Assembly: GCA_951406725.2 (NCBI GenBank)
Contig: OX597815.1
Location: 192,076,001-192,140,000 of the forward strand
DNA length: 64,000 nt
Reading direction: 5' to 3'
DNA from: Octopus vulgaris
Lineage: Eukaryota
Shown: piece after piece, positions 25,270 to 37,200 of the stretch
How positions within the stretch are numbered: position 1 is the first letter of the stretch
Layout of the letters: each line of letters opens with the position of its first letter
The notes under the pieces: generated by a model
Database searches by the model: none
Told to the model about the DNA's origin: nothing
What the model saw: the letters and a program-made list of their open reading frames with translations, nothing else
Program-made: the position numbers and the translations under genes

Positions 25270-26450
25270 TAATAGAGCGTTGGAAATGCATTAGATTAAT
25301 ACTGAAAACAAAGCTAAATGCTAAAAATAAGTTAATGGGTATTAATATTCTAGATGTTCCTGTAATAAGCAATAGCTATAACATTATCAGTTTAACACTA
25401 AATGAATTAACAAGAGTGAATAGGAAAGAAGAGAAAATATTAATTACCGCTACAAAAGCCCCACCCAACTCGCAGCACATAAATATTATATTTATCTTTA
25501 ATACAGAGAGGTTTTGTGCTGCTTGAATATTAATCCAAAATAACAACGTAGGACTAAAGAAATATCTAACAGAAATAGTTACAAAGCATGAATTAAAAGA
25601 ACGATGTAGCTTTTTGTTTCCAGGGAAGCCAATCAATATAAATGAGAGGCTGATGTAAAAGACAATTATGAGAAAAATGGGAGAAAATAAGAAGGAAATG
25701 AATTTGGAAAGCAGAAAATCAAACTGAAAATGGTTTCACCAAATGTTTGATGATGTGAAGACATTGGCAAGGAAAGCTTCTTCATGAGAAAACCGAATTT
25801 GAGAGGAATAGATAAAGTGGATTAAAACACTTGGCATGGATTTAGAAACTGTGGACTCAAAACTCAAAACTAAGGGTTTTGATCATGACACAAGTCCAAG
25901 TCCTTGTCACCAGAAATTATGAAAGGCAGCGAGCTGGTAGAAACGTTAGCACACCGGGCAAAATACTTAGCAGTATTTCGTCTGTTTTTATGTTCTGAGT
26001 TCAAATTCCGCCGAGGTCGACTTTGGCTTTCATCCTTTCGGGGTCGATAAATTAAGTACTAGTTACGCACTGGGGTCGATATAATTGACTTAATCTATTT
26101 GTCAGTCCTTGTTTGTCCCTTCTATGTTTAGCCTCTTGTGGGTAGTAAAGAAATAGGTATGTCGTCTGTTTTTACATTCTGAGTTCAAATTCCGCCAAGG
26201 TCAACTTTGCCTTTCATCCTTTCGGGGTCGATAAATTAAGTACCAGTTACGCACTGAGGTCAATGTAATCGACTTAATCCCTTTGTCTGTCCTTGTTTGT
26301 CCTCTCTGTATTTAGCCCCCTGTGGGTAATAAATAAATAAGAAATTATGGTAAACATGTAATGAAGTGGAATGTGAAAAAATTAACCACAGAATATGTAG
26401 ATGTGAGAAAGAATCAATCAGTCATATTGGCTCTGGATGGTAAATTTATA
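25270..26450 (+). mobile_element. Degenerate R4/Dong-like non-LTR retrotransposon fragment (post-RT region to CCHC knuckle)
   Basis: IRLILKTKLNAKNKLMGINILDVPVIS..LNELTRVNRK, VGLKKYL, a frameshifted GLK.ETEG..AQDQSL.TRNY-like stretch, and RICRCEKESISHIGSG. These motifs are typical of RLE-type R4/Dong ORFs. Confidence 0.75.
25922..26339 (+). mobile_element. Family C SINE: head plus two tandem 184-nt bodies
   Basis: TSD AGAAATTATG at 25912-25921 and 26340-26349. The bodies start at 25973 and 26157. Confidence 0.9.
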
Positions 26451-26947
26451 AGTCCAGCACTATATATATATAAAATTTACTGTTTACAAAAGTTGGGATG
26501 CATGGTGTTTAGTTCTTCAATAAATGAAAAATGCATTAAATAGACAATGATAGCTAAAAGACATACACATAGGACAGACACAGAAGGACCCTAATTCTTC
26601 ATCACTTACCAACCAAATGGTTATGCTCAGTTTCATCCCTTTAATAATAATACTGAGAAATTTGTATATCAACACCCTGAGCATTCCACAGACATGCGTA
26701 CCCTTAATGTAGTTCACTGGGGACTTTAGCGTGACACAGGATGTGATAAGGCTGGCGCTTTCTATGAAATACAGTTACTATTCATTTTTGCCAGCTGAGT
26801 CGACTGGATCGATGTGAAATAAAGTGTCTTGCTCAAGGACACTACGCCTCAATGGGAATTGAGCTCACGACCTTATTATTGTTAGCTGAATGCCCAAACC
26901 ACTAAGCCACGCACCTTCACTTGGCTACGTGCCTTCACCCCCCCCCC

Positions 26948-26980
<33 letters not shown>

Positions 26981-27238
26981 TTATTTGTGGGTTAACAAGG
27001 CAACCAATGGTTTCATGTGAGGTGATCTTCACAATTGTTCAAGTGTACTCATTTCATGTTACTCATTGTATTCATGCACAAATGGAAATTAGTATTAGTA
27101 CTCATCTACATTTTGGATGAGAACCATCATCGTTACCATCATCGTTGAAAATGTTTATATATATATACACATATAGATATTTCTTTTGTTATTAATAATC
27201 AACAAAAGTTACAGTGTGTTTGTATATGTATGTGTGTG

Positions 27239-27295
<57 letters not shown>

Positions 27296-27459
27296 TATTG
27301 GTGTTAGGAAGGGCATCCAGCCATAAAAGCCATGCCAAAACAGACACAGAAGTCTTGTGCAGGGTTCTGCCTGGCTAGTTCCTGTCAAACTGTCCAACCC
27401 ATGCCACTATGGAAGGAGTACAGAGGATGTTAAACAATGATGATAATGATATATATATA

Positions 27460-27509
<50 letters not shown>

Positions 27510-29034
27510 GACACATACACACACACCCACACATACATATGTGTGTGGTGGTGGTGGTGGGGAAATTGGTAATGAACAATGAATTCAAGAGCAAAAACAA
27601 AACCAACAAAAGTCAAACGGATGTACAAAATTAATATATTAGCTTCATGCTTTATGAAAGTTATATACATACATATATATATGTATATGTATATATGTAT
27701 TAGATTTTTATGTGCATATGCATATTTATGAGTTTGTGAGTGTGTTTGTGTGTTTGCGTGCATCTTTACCAAGATATATCTAATAATACTGTTTACAAAC
27801 CTATCCAACTTGTGTTGGCATCGGAAGAAAAAAAAAATGGCACCAAAATATGAAGAAGATGCTGATACTGATGATGATGATGGCAATGATGATGATGATG
27901 ATGATGGTGGTGGTGTTGGTGGAGTTAATGGTACTGGTTTTTTTTTTTTTTTTTGCATAGAAAACATTGACTGCGTTTATGAGTCCGCGTATACCTGTGC
28001 AGATGTACGTAATATAGTACAATACACTTTATGTTTATCGATGTATGGATTTGTATCTGTGCGTATATCAGTTTGTGTACATAACACTGCGTGTTTATGA
28101 ATAAATGTATATGCGTGTGTGACTGTACACAAGTGTCCGTGTAAGGATGTGTGTGTGCTTATTAGGGTGTTTGTACATATGTGTATGTGTGGTGTATGCG
28201 TGTGCATATGTGTGTGTATGCCTATATGCATGCATGTGTCTGTGTATGCATCTGTATGTGTTTGTTTATATATGAATGCACACATTTGATAAGTTCGTAC
28301 ATATGTATTTATTTGCATATTTGTGTTTCCGTGTATGTAGGTATGTATGTATGTGTGTGTGTGTATGTATTTAACGTATATATAAGTATGTGTGTGTATT
28401 TATGTAAATGTATGCATAAGTATGTATGTATGTATGTTTGTATGTAAATGCATGTATGTATGTGTGTGTAGGTATGTATGTGTAAGTATGTATGTATTTA
28501 TGTATATGCATGTATATATTAGTATGCGTGTGTGTATTTAAGTAAATGTATGTATGTGTAATCAGGTATGTATCTATGTAAATGCATGTATGTGTATGTA
28601 TGTATGTGTATGCATATATGTGTGTGTATGTATGTGTAAGTATGTATGTATGTATTTATGTAAATGTATGTGTGTGTGTGTGTATATTTATGTAAATGTA
28701 TGTATGTGTAAGTATGTATGTATGTCTAAGTATGAATGTATGAACGTATTTACTTATGTATATGTATGTCTATGTATGCACTAGTCTGTGTTTTAATGTG
28801 TGTATTTAAGAGTATTTTCATAATAAACACATACATACACATTCACACACACACGCACACATGCACGTGCGCGCGTACACACACACACACACAGAGAGCT
28901 GCATGCAAGTCTTATTGTAGAAATTTCTAACATTGGTGCAAAGTCACACAAAATTTCAAGGTAAAACAGGTGCTAATGATTTAATCAACCCCAATACCTT
29001 ACTGGTACTGCATGTGTATTGAATATAATATATG

Positions 29035-29068
<34 letters not shown>

Positions 29069-29544
29069 CATGTATGTTTTCATATTTATATGTATGTATG
29101 CATATATATGTGTGTGAGTAAATTGGCGAAATGTCATGAATATGCCTGTACATGTGTGTGCATATTTATGAGTGCATGCATGCATATGTATCTGTGTATG
29201 CTTGTACGTATGTATGTATGTGTGTGTGTGTAAGTTGTTAAAGAAGGATGTGTGTGTATGCATATGCATGATGTGGTGGCTGTGATTGTGAGGAGAGGGG
29301 AAGATGAAGTGACAAGATAGGAATGTAATTCGGTTACATGCAACAGCATTCCACCATCATCCCCACCACCATCACCACCGCCACCACCACAACCGGCACC
29401 CCCTCCATTCCCCTCATCTGCATCTGCAGGTGTAGAAACTAACTGCTGCATATGATAAGACTGTTGCAGTGCGCATGCATGCAAGCGTGTGTGGTGCACG
29501 CATGTATATACATACATTTACATAAATGTGTGTTTGCGTGTGTT

Positions 29545-29613
<69 letters not shown>

Positions 29614-30019
29614 CTGTATTTATTTGTGTGTGTGTGTAGGGTCTGCAAACGTGTGTGAAATGACATCCTCCTCAACGATTATAGGTGCAAATCATAATCG
29701 TATTGGGCTGTTATAAAAGTAGATCAATTCTTGATGCTTAATTTAGTTTCACTTTCACTTTCTTCTGTTTATCATGTTTTTGTTTCGTTTATTTTGCTTG
29801 TACATTTGTTTGTTTGTTTGTTTGTTTCATTTGCTTATCTTTGCACGGTTCAACTCCTAATGAATGCTGAAGTTTCTTAATGAACAACTTGCTTTAGTTA
29901 TTCTAACGACTAGTTGAGTTGAAGACTTAATGACTGCCTTTTTAAGTTAGTTCCCTAATGAATGTCTGAATGATTAACATCAACTTTGCTTTCTAATTAT
30001 TGTTTACAAGCCAGCTTAA

Positions 30020-30460
30020 GAGCATCTAATGTGTGAGTCAATGTAGCAGCATCTTATGTGAGAGTCAATGAGAGAGTCAATGTAAAAGAGTCTAATGTGA
30101 GAATCAATGTAAGACCATTTATTGTAAGAGCTAATGTAAGAGCAATTATTGAGAGAGTCTATGTAAGGGAGTTGAATGTGATAGTCTATGTATGGGACTC
30201 AATGTAAAAAGTGCCCAGTGTGAGAGTCAATGTAAGAGCATCAAATGTGAGAGTCAAAATAAGAGAGTCTGATTTGAGAGTCAAATTGTGAGAGCCAATG
30301 TAACAGCATCAAATGTGAGAGTCAAAATAAGAGAGTCTAATTTGAGAGTCAAAGTGTGAGAGGCAATGTAAGTCTCAAGTGTGAGAGCCAGTGTAAGAGT
30401 CAATGTCAGAGAATCTAATATGAGAATCAATATAAGAATGTTTCATGTGTGAGTCAATGT
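30020..30460. repeat. Degenerate minisatellite (AATGTGAGAGTC / AATGTAAGAGC units)
   Basis: Repeated related units of about 12 nt, with a near-exact duplication at about 30228-30350. Confidence 0.75.
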
Positions 30461-30901
30461 AAAACTATCTATTTTGGTCACTCAACCTGGCCCACTTGAA
30501 ATAGCAGCCGAATTATCCTCAGAATCACAAAAACCTCATCTATATCATATTACATAAAAGAAAAAGACACATTAAAAAGACAGGATGGTCATGGCCTGAT
30601 TGCTTTTGATCATAGGTCTGTCTGAGGATCTGTGTTGATCTGGTCTTAAACCATAAGAATAGTTCATTATGAAAATCTCTAGTAATGACTCTTTGGTTGA
30701 GAAACTTGCCTTACAACCTTGTGGTTCTAGGTTCAATATCACTGTCTGGCACCTTTGGTAAATGTCTTGTACTGTACTCCTTGGCCAACCAATAGCTTGT
30801 GAGCAAATTTGGTAGATGGAAACTGAGTGGACTCTTGTCATTTATAGTTCACTGACAATGTTCTTATTTTCCTGTCATTTATATATATATATATATAGAT
30901 G

Positions 30902-31180
30902 TGTTTGTTCCTTCTCGAGCCATGCCTGGCTCATAGGGCTGGTTTCCCAGTTTCCTTGACGTATAGGTTCCCCACCTTGATGGGATGCTGGTCCATTGCA
31001 CATGAACTGCATGATGCAAGAGGAAAGAGTGAGAGAAAGCTGTGGCGAAAGAGTCAGCAGAACTTCGCCATTACCTTCTGCTGGAGCCGCATAAACACAC
31101 ACATTGCCCAGTCTGAGATTTGAACCCATGATCCCTCGACCGTGAGTCTGCTGCTCTAACCACTAGGCCATGTGCCTCCA
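30902..31180 (-). mobile_element. tRNA-derived SINE, same head type as the 49568 family but a different tail
   Basis: The - strand head is GTGGAGGCACATGGCCTAGTGGTTAGAGCAGCAGACTCACGGTC. Flanked by (TA)n. Confidence 0.75.
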
Positions 31181-32485
31181 CTTATATATATATATATATA
31201 CTGGTGCAGCCATCTGGTTCGCCAGCCCTCAGTCATTCATCCAACCCATGCTTGCATGGAAGGTGGACGTTAAACAATGATGATATATACATATATATGC
31301 ATGTGTGTGTATCTTTGTCCCACACTCTGCTTGACACCTGGTGTTGGTTTGTTTATGTCCTCATAGCTTAGTGATTCAACAAAACAGACCAACAGAAAAA
31401 AAGTATCAGACTTAAAAAATAAAAAAATTAACAAAATACTGAGGCCAATTCGTTTGGCTAAACCCCTCAAGATGGTGCCCCAGCATGGCCCGTGTCCAAT
31501 GTCGGAAACAGCTAAAAGGCCAAAGCTATGTCTCTCCTTATTTCTTCATCTCTCCACTTTCAGGAAAAGATTCTTAAAAAAAATAACCCAAAAAAGAATT
31601 AATCCTTTGCTGCAAAAAAAAAAAAAAAAGATAAAAAAAGCAAAAAAAAAAAAAAATGAGATCACCACCAAAATAATTTCTTTTTACATAATCTCTCGGG
31701 AAAAAGTAAAACATGAGATATCTTTATTTTCCGATTGATTTCTTGAACTCAGTCGCATGCAATCAATGGATGAGAAAATTCTATTGAATTTAGAAGAGAT
31801 GAGGGGAAAAATAGAAGTTATAACGTAGTCTTTGGTGCTTGCTTCATTTAAACAGGCATTTCTTATAGAGTTAGTCACAGTCCTAAATTTATTGATTTCT
31901 CTCGTGTGCACCGAGTCACAATTTTTGGAGGATGTGTTTTGATGATTTTTGCAGCCAGCTTCATTGGTTCCATGTTTTATTGATCCAGTTTGGCGTGGGG
32001 GGTGCGGATGGATGGATTGACAGGAGCTGGCAAGCCGAGGAGTTGATGTGAAACCGTCTAACCCATGCCAGCAGCATGGAAGATGGATGTTAAATGATGA
32101 AATGATGATGATGATGATGATGAAGATTATGATGGTGATAGATGTTAAATGATGATATGATGGATGATGATGATGAAGATTATGATGATGATGATGATGA
32201 ATTTATGATGATGATGATGAAGATTATGATTATGATGATGATGGATGTTAAATGATGATGAGGAATGACAATCACTGTTGACCTTGATGAGCTCTTTCGC
32301 TATTTCTCTGTTTGTTTTACTCTCTCAGTCACTCTCCTTTCTTTTCCACCTGAGGTATCCATGTATCTACTCTACATCAAGACACCTCCATCTGTCCCCT
32401 CTATACCCCTAATCTCTCAACTGGCACAAAATCACCCCGCCCTTCAATACTACTCCTCTGTCCCACTTGCGAGGATTTTGCTTTG

Positions 32486-32658
32486 CAAGGTACTTGGTGA
32501 CTTTGTCAGTACCCCAAGGTACTTGGTGACTTTGTCAGTACCCCAAGGTACTTGGTGACTTTGTCAGTACCCCAAGGTACTTGGTGACTTTGTCAGTACC
32601 TCAAGGTACTTGGTGACTTTGACAGTACCTCAAGGTACTTGGTGACTTTGTCAGTACC
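32486..32658. repeat. 29-bp tandem repeat, 6 copies
   Basis: CAAGGTACTTGGTGACTTTGTCAGTACCC at 32486, 32515, 32544, 32573, 32602 and 32631. Confidence 0.95.
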
Positions 32659-33369
32659 AGTGTCGCACAAAAAGCAACCATGCTGGTGCCACGTAAAGAG
32701 CACCCAGGACACTCTGTAAAGTGGTTGGCGTTAGGAAGGGCAACCAGCTGTAGAAACTGCCAAAGCAGACTGTGGAACGTGGGGTGGTTCCTGGCTTTGC
32801 CAGCACCAGTCAAACAGTCAAATCCATGCCAGCATGGAAAGTATTAAGTGATGACGACGATGATGACAAACCTACACAAGTGAATGGGTGAAAAGCAAAG
32901 ATGAATTTTGAAAGAAGTTTTTTATTGAACCAGAACAAAATAGTAATTAAAGTGCTAGCACCACAAAAAGCTTCCAAAACATTCAATAAAGTGGTTGGCA
33001 TTAAGAAGGGCATCCAGTCATAGAAACCATGCCAGAACAGACGATTAGAACCTGGTGCAGCTCTTCAGCTTGCCAGCTTCTGTCAAACCTATTTCTTTAC
33101 TACCCACAAGGGGCTAAACACAAAGAGGACAAACAAGTACAGACAAATGGATTAAGTCGATTATATCGACCCCAGTGCGTAACTGGTACTTATTTAATCG
33201 ACCCCAAAAAAGATGAAAGGCAAAGTCGACCTCGGCGGAATTTGAACTCAGAACGTAACGGCAGACGAAATACGGCTACGCATTTCGCCCGGTGTGCTAA
33301 CGTTTCTGCCAGCTCGCCGCCTTCGGTCAAACCATCCAACCCATGCCAGTATGGAAAACAGATGTTAAG

Positions 33370-33415
<46 letters not shown>

Positions 33416-33898
33416 AGGGTTCCATAAATAAAAAAGAAAATAGTTGAGAACTATTGATCTCAATCAAGTAAAATATCTACGGATGTTGTCGGCATATTTA
33501 AAGAGACTTACTAGAACTGTAGGGCATGTGCGTCACCCTGTGTTATCACTTATTAAATTAATCAAATCGCCTCTTCACTTAATGCAAATGAGACAAACTG
33601 GAATCTATTGTTTTGCACAAGGCTTCGTAATTAGTTGTTTCCACGAAAGGAAGGATGATTTAGAATGATTTGCTTCAGAGCTTTCTTTTTAATCTTTTCA
33701 ATCAAGTGAGAAGGTTGTGCATTTGACCCTTTAACATTCAGATTTTTCTGTCAAATGCAATCCTTACTGACCCCCCCTTGAAATTGCTAGTCCTATGTCA
33801 AAAATGAAAAAGAATTACTACCAAAGCAGACCCTCATTAGCTTCTGCAGATTCAGGATTTCTGTAACCATATATATATATAATAATAATAATAATAAT

Positions 33899-33935
<37 letters not shown>

Positions 33936-34023
33936 GTAGTAGTAGGGAATATGATTCCAAAACTTACAGGGAAAAATTCAATTTAACAATTTTAAATCAA
34001 ATTTCACAATATATTATATATGT

Positions 34024-34440
34024 ATATAATTTAGAGAAAAACCACTATTAAACAATTTAATAAAGAAATATGTTATTCACACCATATAGAAAACATATAC
34101 TATAAAAAAACCTTATTTTAAATCAATAAAGTACAATCAATAGTAAACAGTAGTAAAAAGACTATTCGTGTTTCATGGCTATATTTTCAAATAGATAATA
34201 ATAATAAAATCAATTCGATTCAAAATTAAATCGAACTAAAATTAATTCTATTTAAAAATATAGTCACTCATCAGGTCTAAGATAATAAATAATAAAAAAA
34301 GTAATAATAGAATAAATGTACTTATCTTAACTTATACTAATTATCAAATAGATATATAAAAAATATAAACAATCAAAAAATATTTAACAATATGTCTTAA
34401 AATAAAAATATAAACTTATCTTGTTGAAGGATTTTCGTTT
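34024..34440 (-). mobile_element. (TA)n-flanked Penelope-like pLTR module (copy 1)
   Basis: 34024-34293 is closely similar to 61553-61825 and contains a hammerhead motif. Confidence 0.7.
34159..34278 (-). ncRNA. Hammerhead ribozyme motif with very long AU-rich stem II (copy 1)
   Basis: AGAC-CTGATGA-GTGACTATATTTTTAAATAG...CTATTTGAAAATATAGCCAT-GAAAC-acga-ATA-GTCT. Stem III is damaged. Confidence 0.75.
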
Positions 34441-34469
34441 ATATATATATATATATGTATGTATGTATA

Positions 34470-34786
34470 TAATTCTAAATAAGAGCAAAAGTAAAACATT
34501 TCTATGCCAATATGCTGAGAAATAGACTTTAAATTGTCAATCACTACATACAGTATACATCACTATAAAATACACTACTTATGAGGTGAAAAATCCGTTG
34601 GATTAATCCCGAAATTGATCAATACAGAGATAACGCATTTGAAAAAAATTCTGTTAGCTTGCTTTCCTCAATTCAGCATGATGTGTATTTTATAGTGATG
34701 TATATTGTATGTGGTGTTTGAGGATTTAAAGTCTATTTATCAGCATATTGGCATAGACATTTTTCTTTTACCCTTATTTATAATTG
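34470..34786. repeat. Hairpin element: imperfect inverted arms of about 105 bp with a spacer of about 107 nt
   Basis: TCTATGCCAATATGCTGAGAAATAGACTTTAAAT...CACTATAAAATACAC versus GTGTATTTTATAGTG...ATTTAAAGTCTATTTATCAGCATATTGGCATAGA. Confidence 0.85.
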
Positions 34787-34949
34787 CTTAAAATTTTCAC
34801 CTTTAAAGGTATTTTGATATGCTGGCCACTTGATGAAATTTTTTGAAAAAATTTTATCCTATATGAGAAGTATAGGTGTGTGTGTGTGGATTGTTGGCAA
34901 TTTTTTTCCCTGTCTTCCTTTTTTGGGGGGGGACTTTCCTCTGTGCCCT

Positions 34950-34984
34950 GTTTCTGAAGAAGAGCCTTGCTTAAAATGTAAAGC
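34950..34984 (+). ncRNA. Decayed minimal hammerhead motif
   Basis: GTTT-CTGAAGA-A-GAGC-ctt-GCTT-AAAAT-GTA-AAGC. Reverting two CpG sites gives GCTC-GAAAC-GTA. Confidence 0.55.
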
Positions 34985-35042
34985 ACCCTTTCTTTCCTTT
35001 CCTGAGTGTCTTATTAATACCTTGCATGTACCACGTTCTCGC

Positions 35043-35046
<4 letters not shown>

Positions 35047-35090
<44 letters not shown>

Positions 35091-35270
35091 TGTGTACAGT
35101 GCTCAGGTGCACTACAACTCATCTAAAGTGTATATATAATCAGGTGTAGTTTCGGCGGATTTCGGAAAGCATGAGGGCCTTAAAGGATGCAGTGTCATGG
35201 CAGTCAACAACTGACGCAGGTAGTTTATTCCATGCTTCAGCAACTCTGAGCGTGAAAAAATGTTTCCGAA
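35047..35270 (-). mobile_element. CR1-clade LINE 3' end with (ATT)n tail
   Basis: Encodes FRKHFFTLRVAEAWNKLPASVV. Homologous to 48826-49166. Confidence 0.8.
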
Positions 35271-35635
35271 GACGGGCTTCCTTCAGTTGCCGTCTACCAA
35301 ATCCACTGACAAGGCTTTGGTTGGCCCAAGGCTATAGTTGAAGACACATGCCCAAGGTGTCATGCAGTGGGACTGAACCTGGAACCATGTGGTTGGTAAG
35401 CAAGCTACTCACCATATATATATATAAAGAATACGAGGGGTTTAGTTCACTAGTGACCTAAACAAATAGGTACACTGGATAAGTGCTATGGTTGATTGAC
35501 CCTTAGGTTCCAGATCACAGCTAAGGCAGGATCTATGGATCCGTGTTAGGGTTCTGTTATAGCGGGTGTATATTTTATTAGAGGAAAAATCAAAACTGAG
35601 ACAGAACCAAGTCATTTAGAATAATTTAATTTTAA

Positions 35636-35711
35636 GTCTTACAGCCGTTTCTGGGATAACCCAAGTGGAAGGTTAGCATGTCCATGCAGTAGGTATTCTA
35701 TCATCAGAGAC
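35636..35711 (-). ncRNA. Type-I hammerhead ribozyme motif with intact catalytic core
   Basis: GTCT-CTGATGA-TAGAATACCT...GGGTTATCCCA-GAAAC-ggct-GTA-AGAC. Same stem I and GUA site as the 5051 copy. The module runs to (TA)n at about 35415. Confidence 0.8.
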
Positions 35712-36176
35712 AAGGTATGAATATTTTAGATGGGGAAAATTTACAGTTAAAAATGAATAAAATTCAGTTTATAAAGAATAAAATACAACCTTTTTTTTTT
35801 TACAATAAAAAATAAGAATGGTAAGATATTTTATAAAGGCATCGAATAACTAAATCTTTATTCCATGTCAAACATTAAAAAAATGTGATGAGGACATTTA
35901 AAGCAAAATTTCTTATGGCAAATTTTTCTATGGTGAAAATGTATATGGCAAATTTTGCACCAATACTAGAAACCTGGCTATATCTTCAACAACAGTAAAG
36001 GGTTCTATGAATTTTATTTATTATTTCCATTTGTTTGTCAACCAACCTGAAGAGTGTACTGGGTGCATTTTATGTGGGTAGCAGCAATGTTGAGATTGAC
36101 TTGTACCTTGTGGTTAATAGTCCTTGCTATGATCTGTTTGTTCGTCCAAAGCAACGTGACTGAGAGGATGAATAGA

Positions 36177-36213
<37 letters not shown>

Positions 36214-36584
36214 AAGGGAGAGGGGCGAGAGAAAGAGCAATGACATCATGGGTTCTGACTAGGGGTGGGGTTCCTCAACAACAGCTATTGACAGAAAACC
36301 ATTCCGTTTTTTAACATCAATGAACAATCAATATCGTTGCAGAACAAAACAACAGTTGTTCAATAGGATAAAATACATAATTACATAAGTAATAGGAGGT
36401 TATGAAAATTCTGGACAAAAGAATTTATTTGCTTCCATCCCCCCCACCCACATCTTTCCTGGGGGTGGGGCATTGTTTCTGACTTTTGCTCATTGTGAAA
36501 TAACCAGATATTGAAATGGAAGTTAGATATTAAATTCTGCCCAACCACAAAACAACAAGTTTGCTTTCAGCTTGATAATTATAT

Positions 36585-37200
36585 GTGTTGGCATCACACA
36601 AAAGCAACCTGTGCTGGTGCAAAGTAAGCGGCACCTGTGCTGGTGGCACATGAAAAGCCCCTGTGCTGGTATCATATGAAAAAACACCTGTGCTGGTGGT
36701 ACATGAAAAGCACCTGTGCTGGTGCTATATAAAAGCACCTGTGCTGATCGAAGTAAATGGCACCTGTGCTGGTATCATATAAAAAAAAACACCAGTACTG
36801 GTGTTAAATAAAAGCACCTGTGCTGATCAAAGTAAATGGCACCTGTGCTGGTGGCACATGAAAAGCACCTGTGCTGGTGACACAAAAAAGGCACTTGTGC
36901 TGGTATCATATAAAAAACACCTGTGCTGATGTAAAGTAAATGGCACCTGTGCTGGTTGGTGTATAGTAAAAAGCACCTGTGCTGGTGTCACATAAAAGTC
37001 ACTGGTGCTGGTGCCATCTAAAGAGCACCCACTCTGTAAAGTGGTTGATGTTAGGAAGGGCATCCAGCTGTATAAACCTTGCCAAAACAGACAGCTGGAG
37101 CTTGGTGCAACTCTCTGGCTTGCCAGCTCCTGTCAAACCATCCAACCCATACCGGCATGGAAGACAGATGCTAAAGGATGATGATGATGATGATGATTGT
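36585..37200 (+). mobile_element. Family A SINE with an expanded internal minisatellite of about 21-23 nt
   Basis: About 19 units of AAAAGCACCTGTGCTGGTG.. at 36585-37020, then the family A 3' part and (GAT)n. Confidence 0.8.

Noticed and set aside
32486-32658. CRISPR-like 29-bp repeats
   Set aside because: The units are contiguous with no spacers, there are no cas genes, and the context is eukaryotic.
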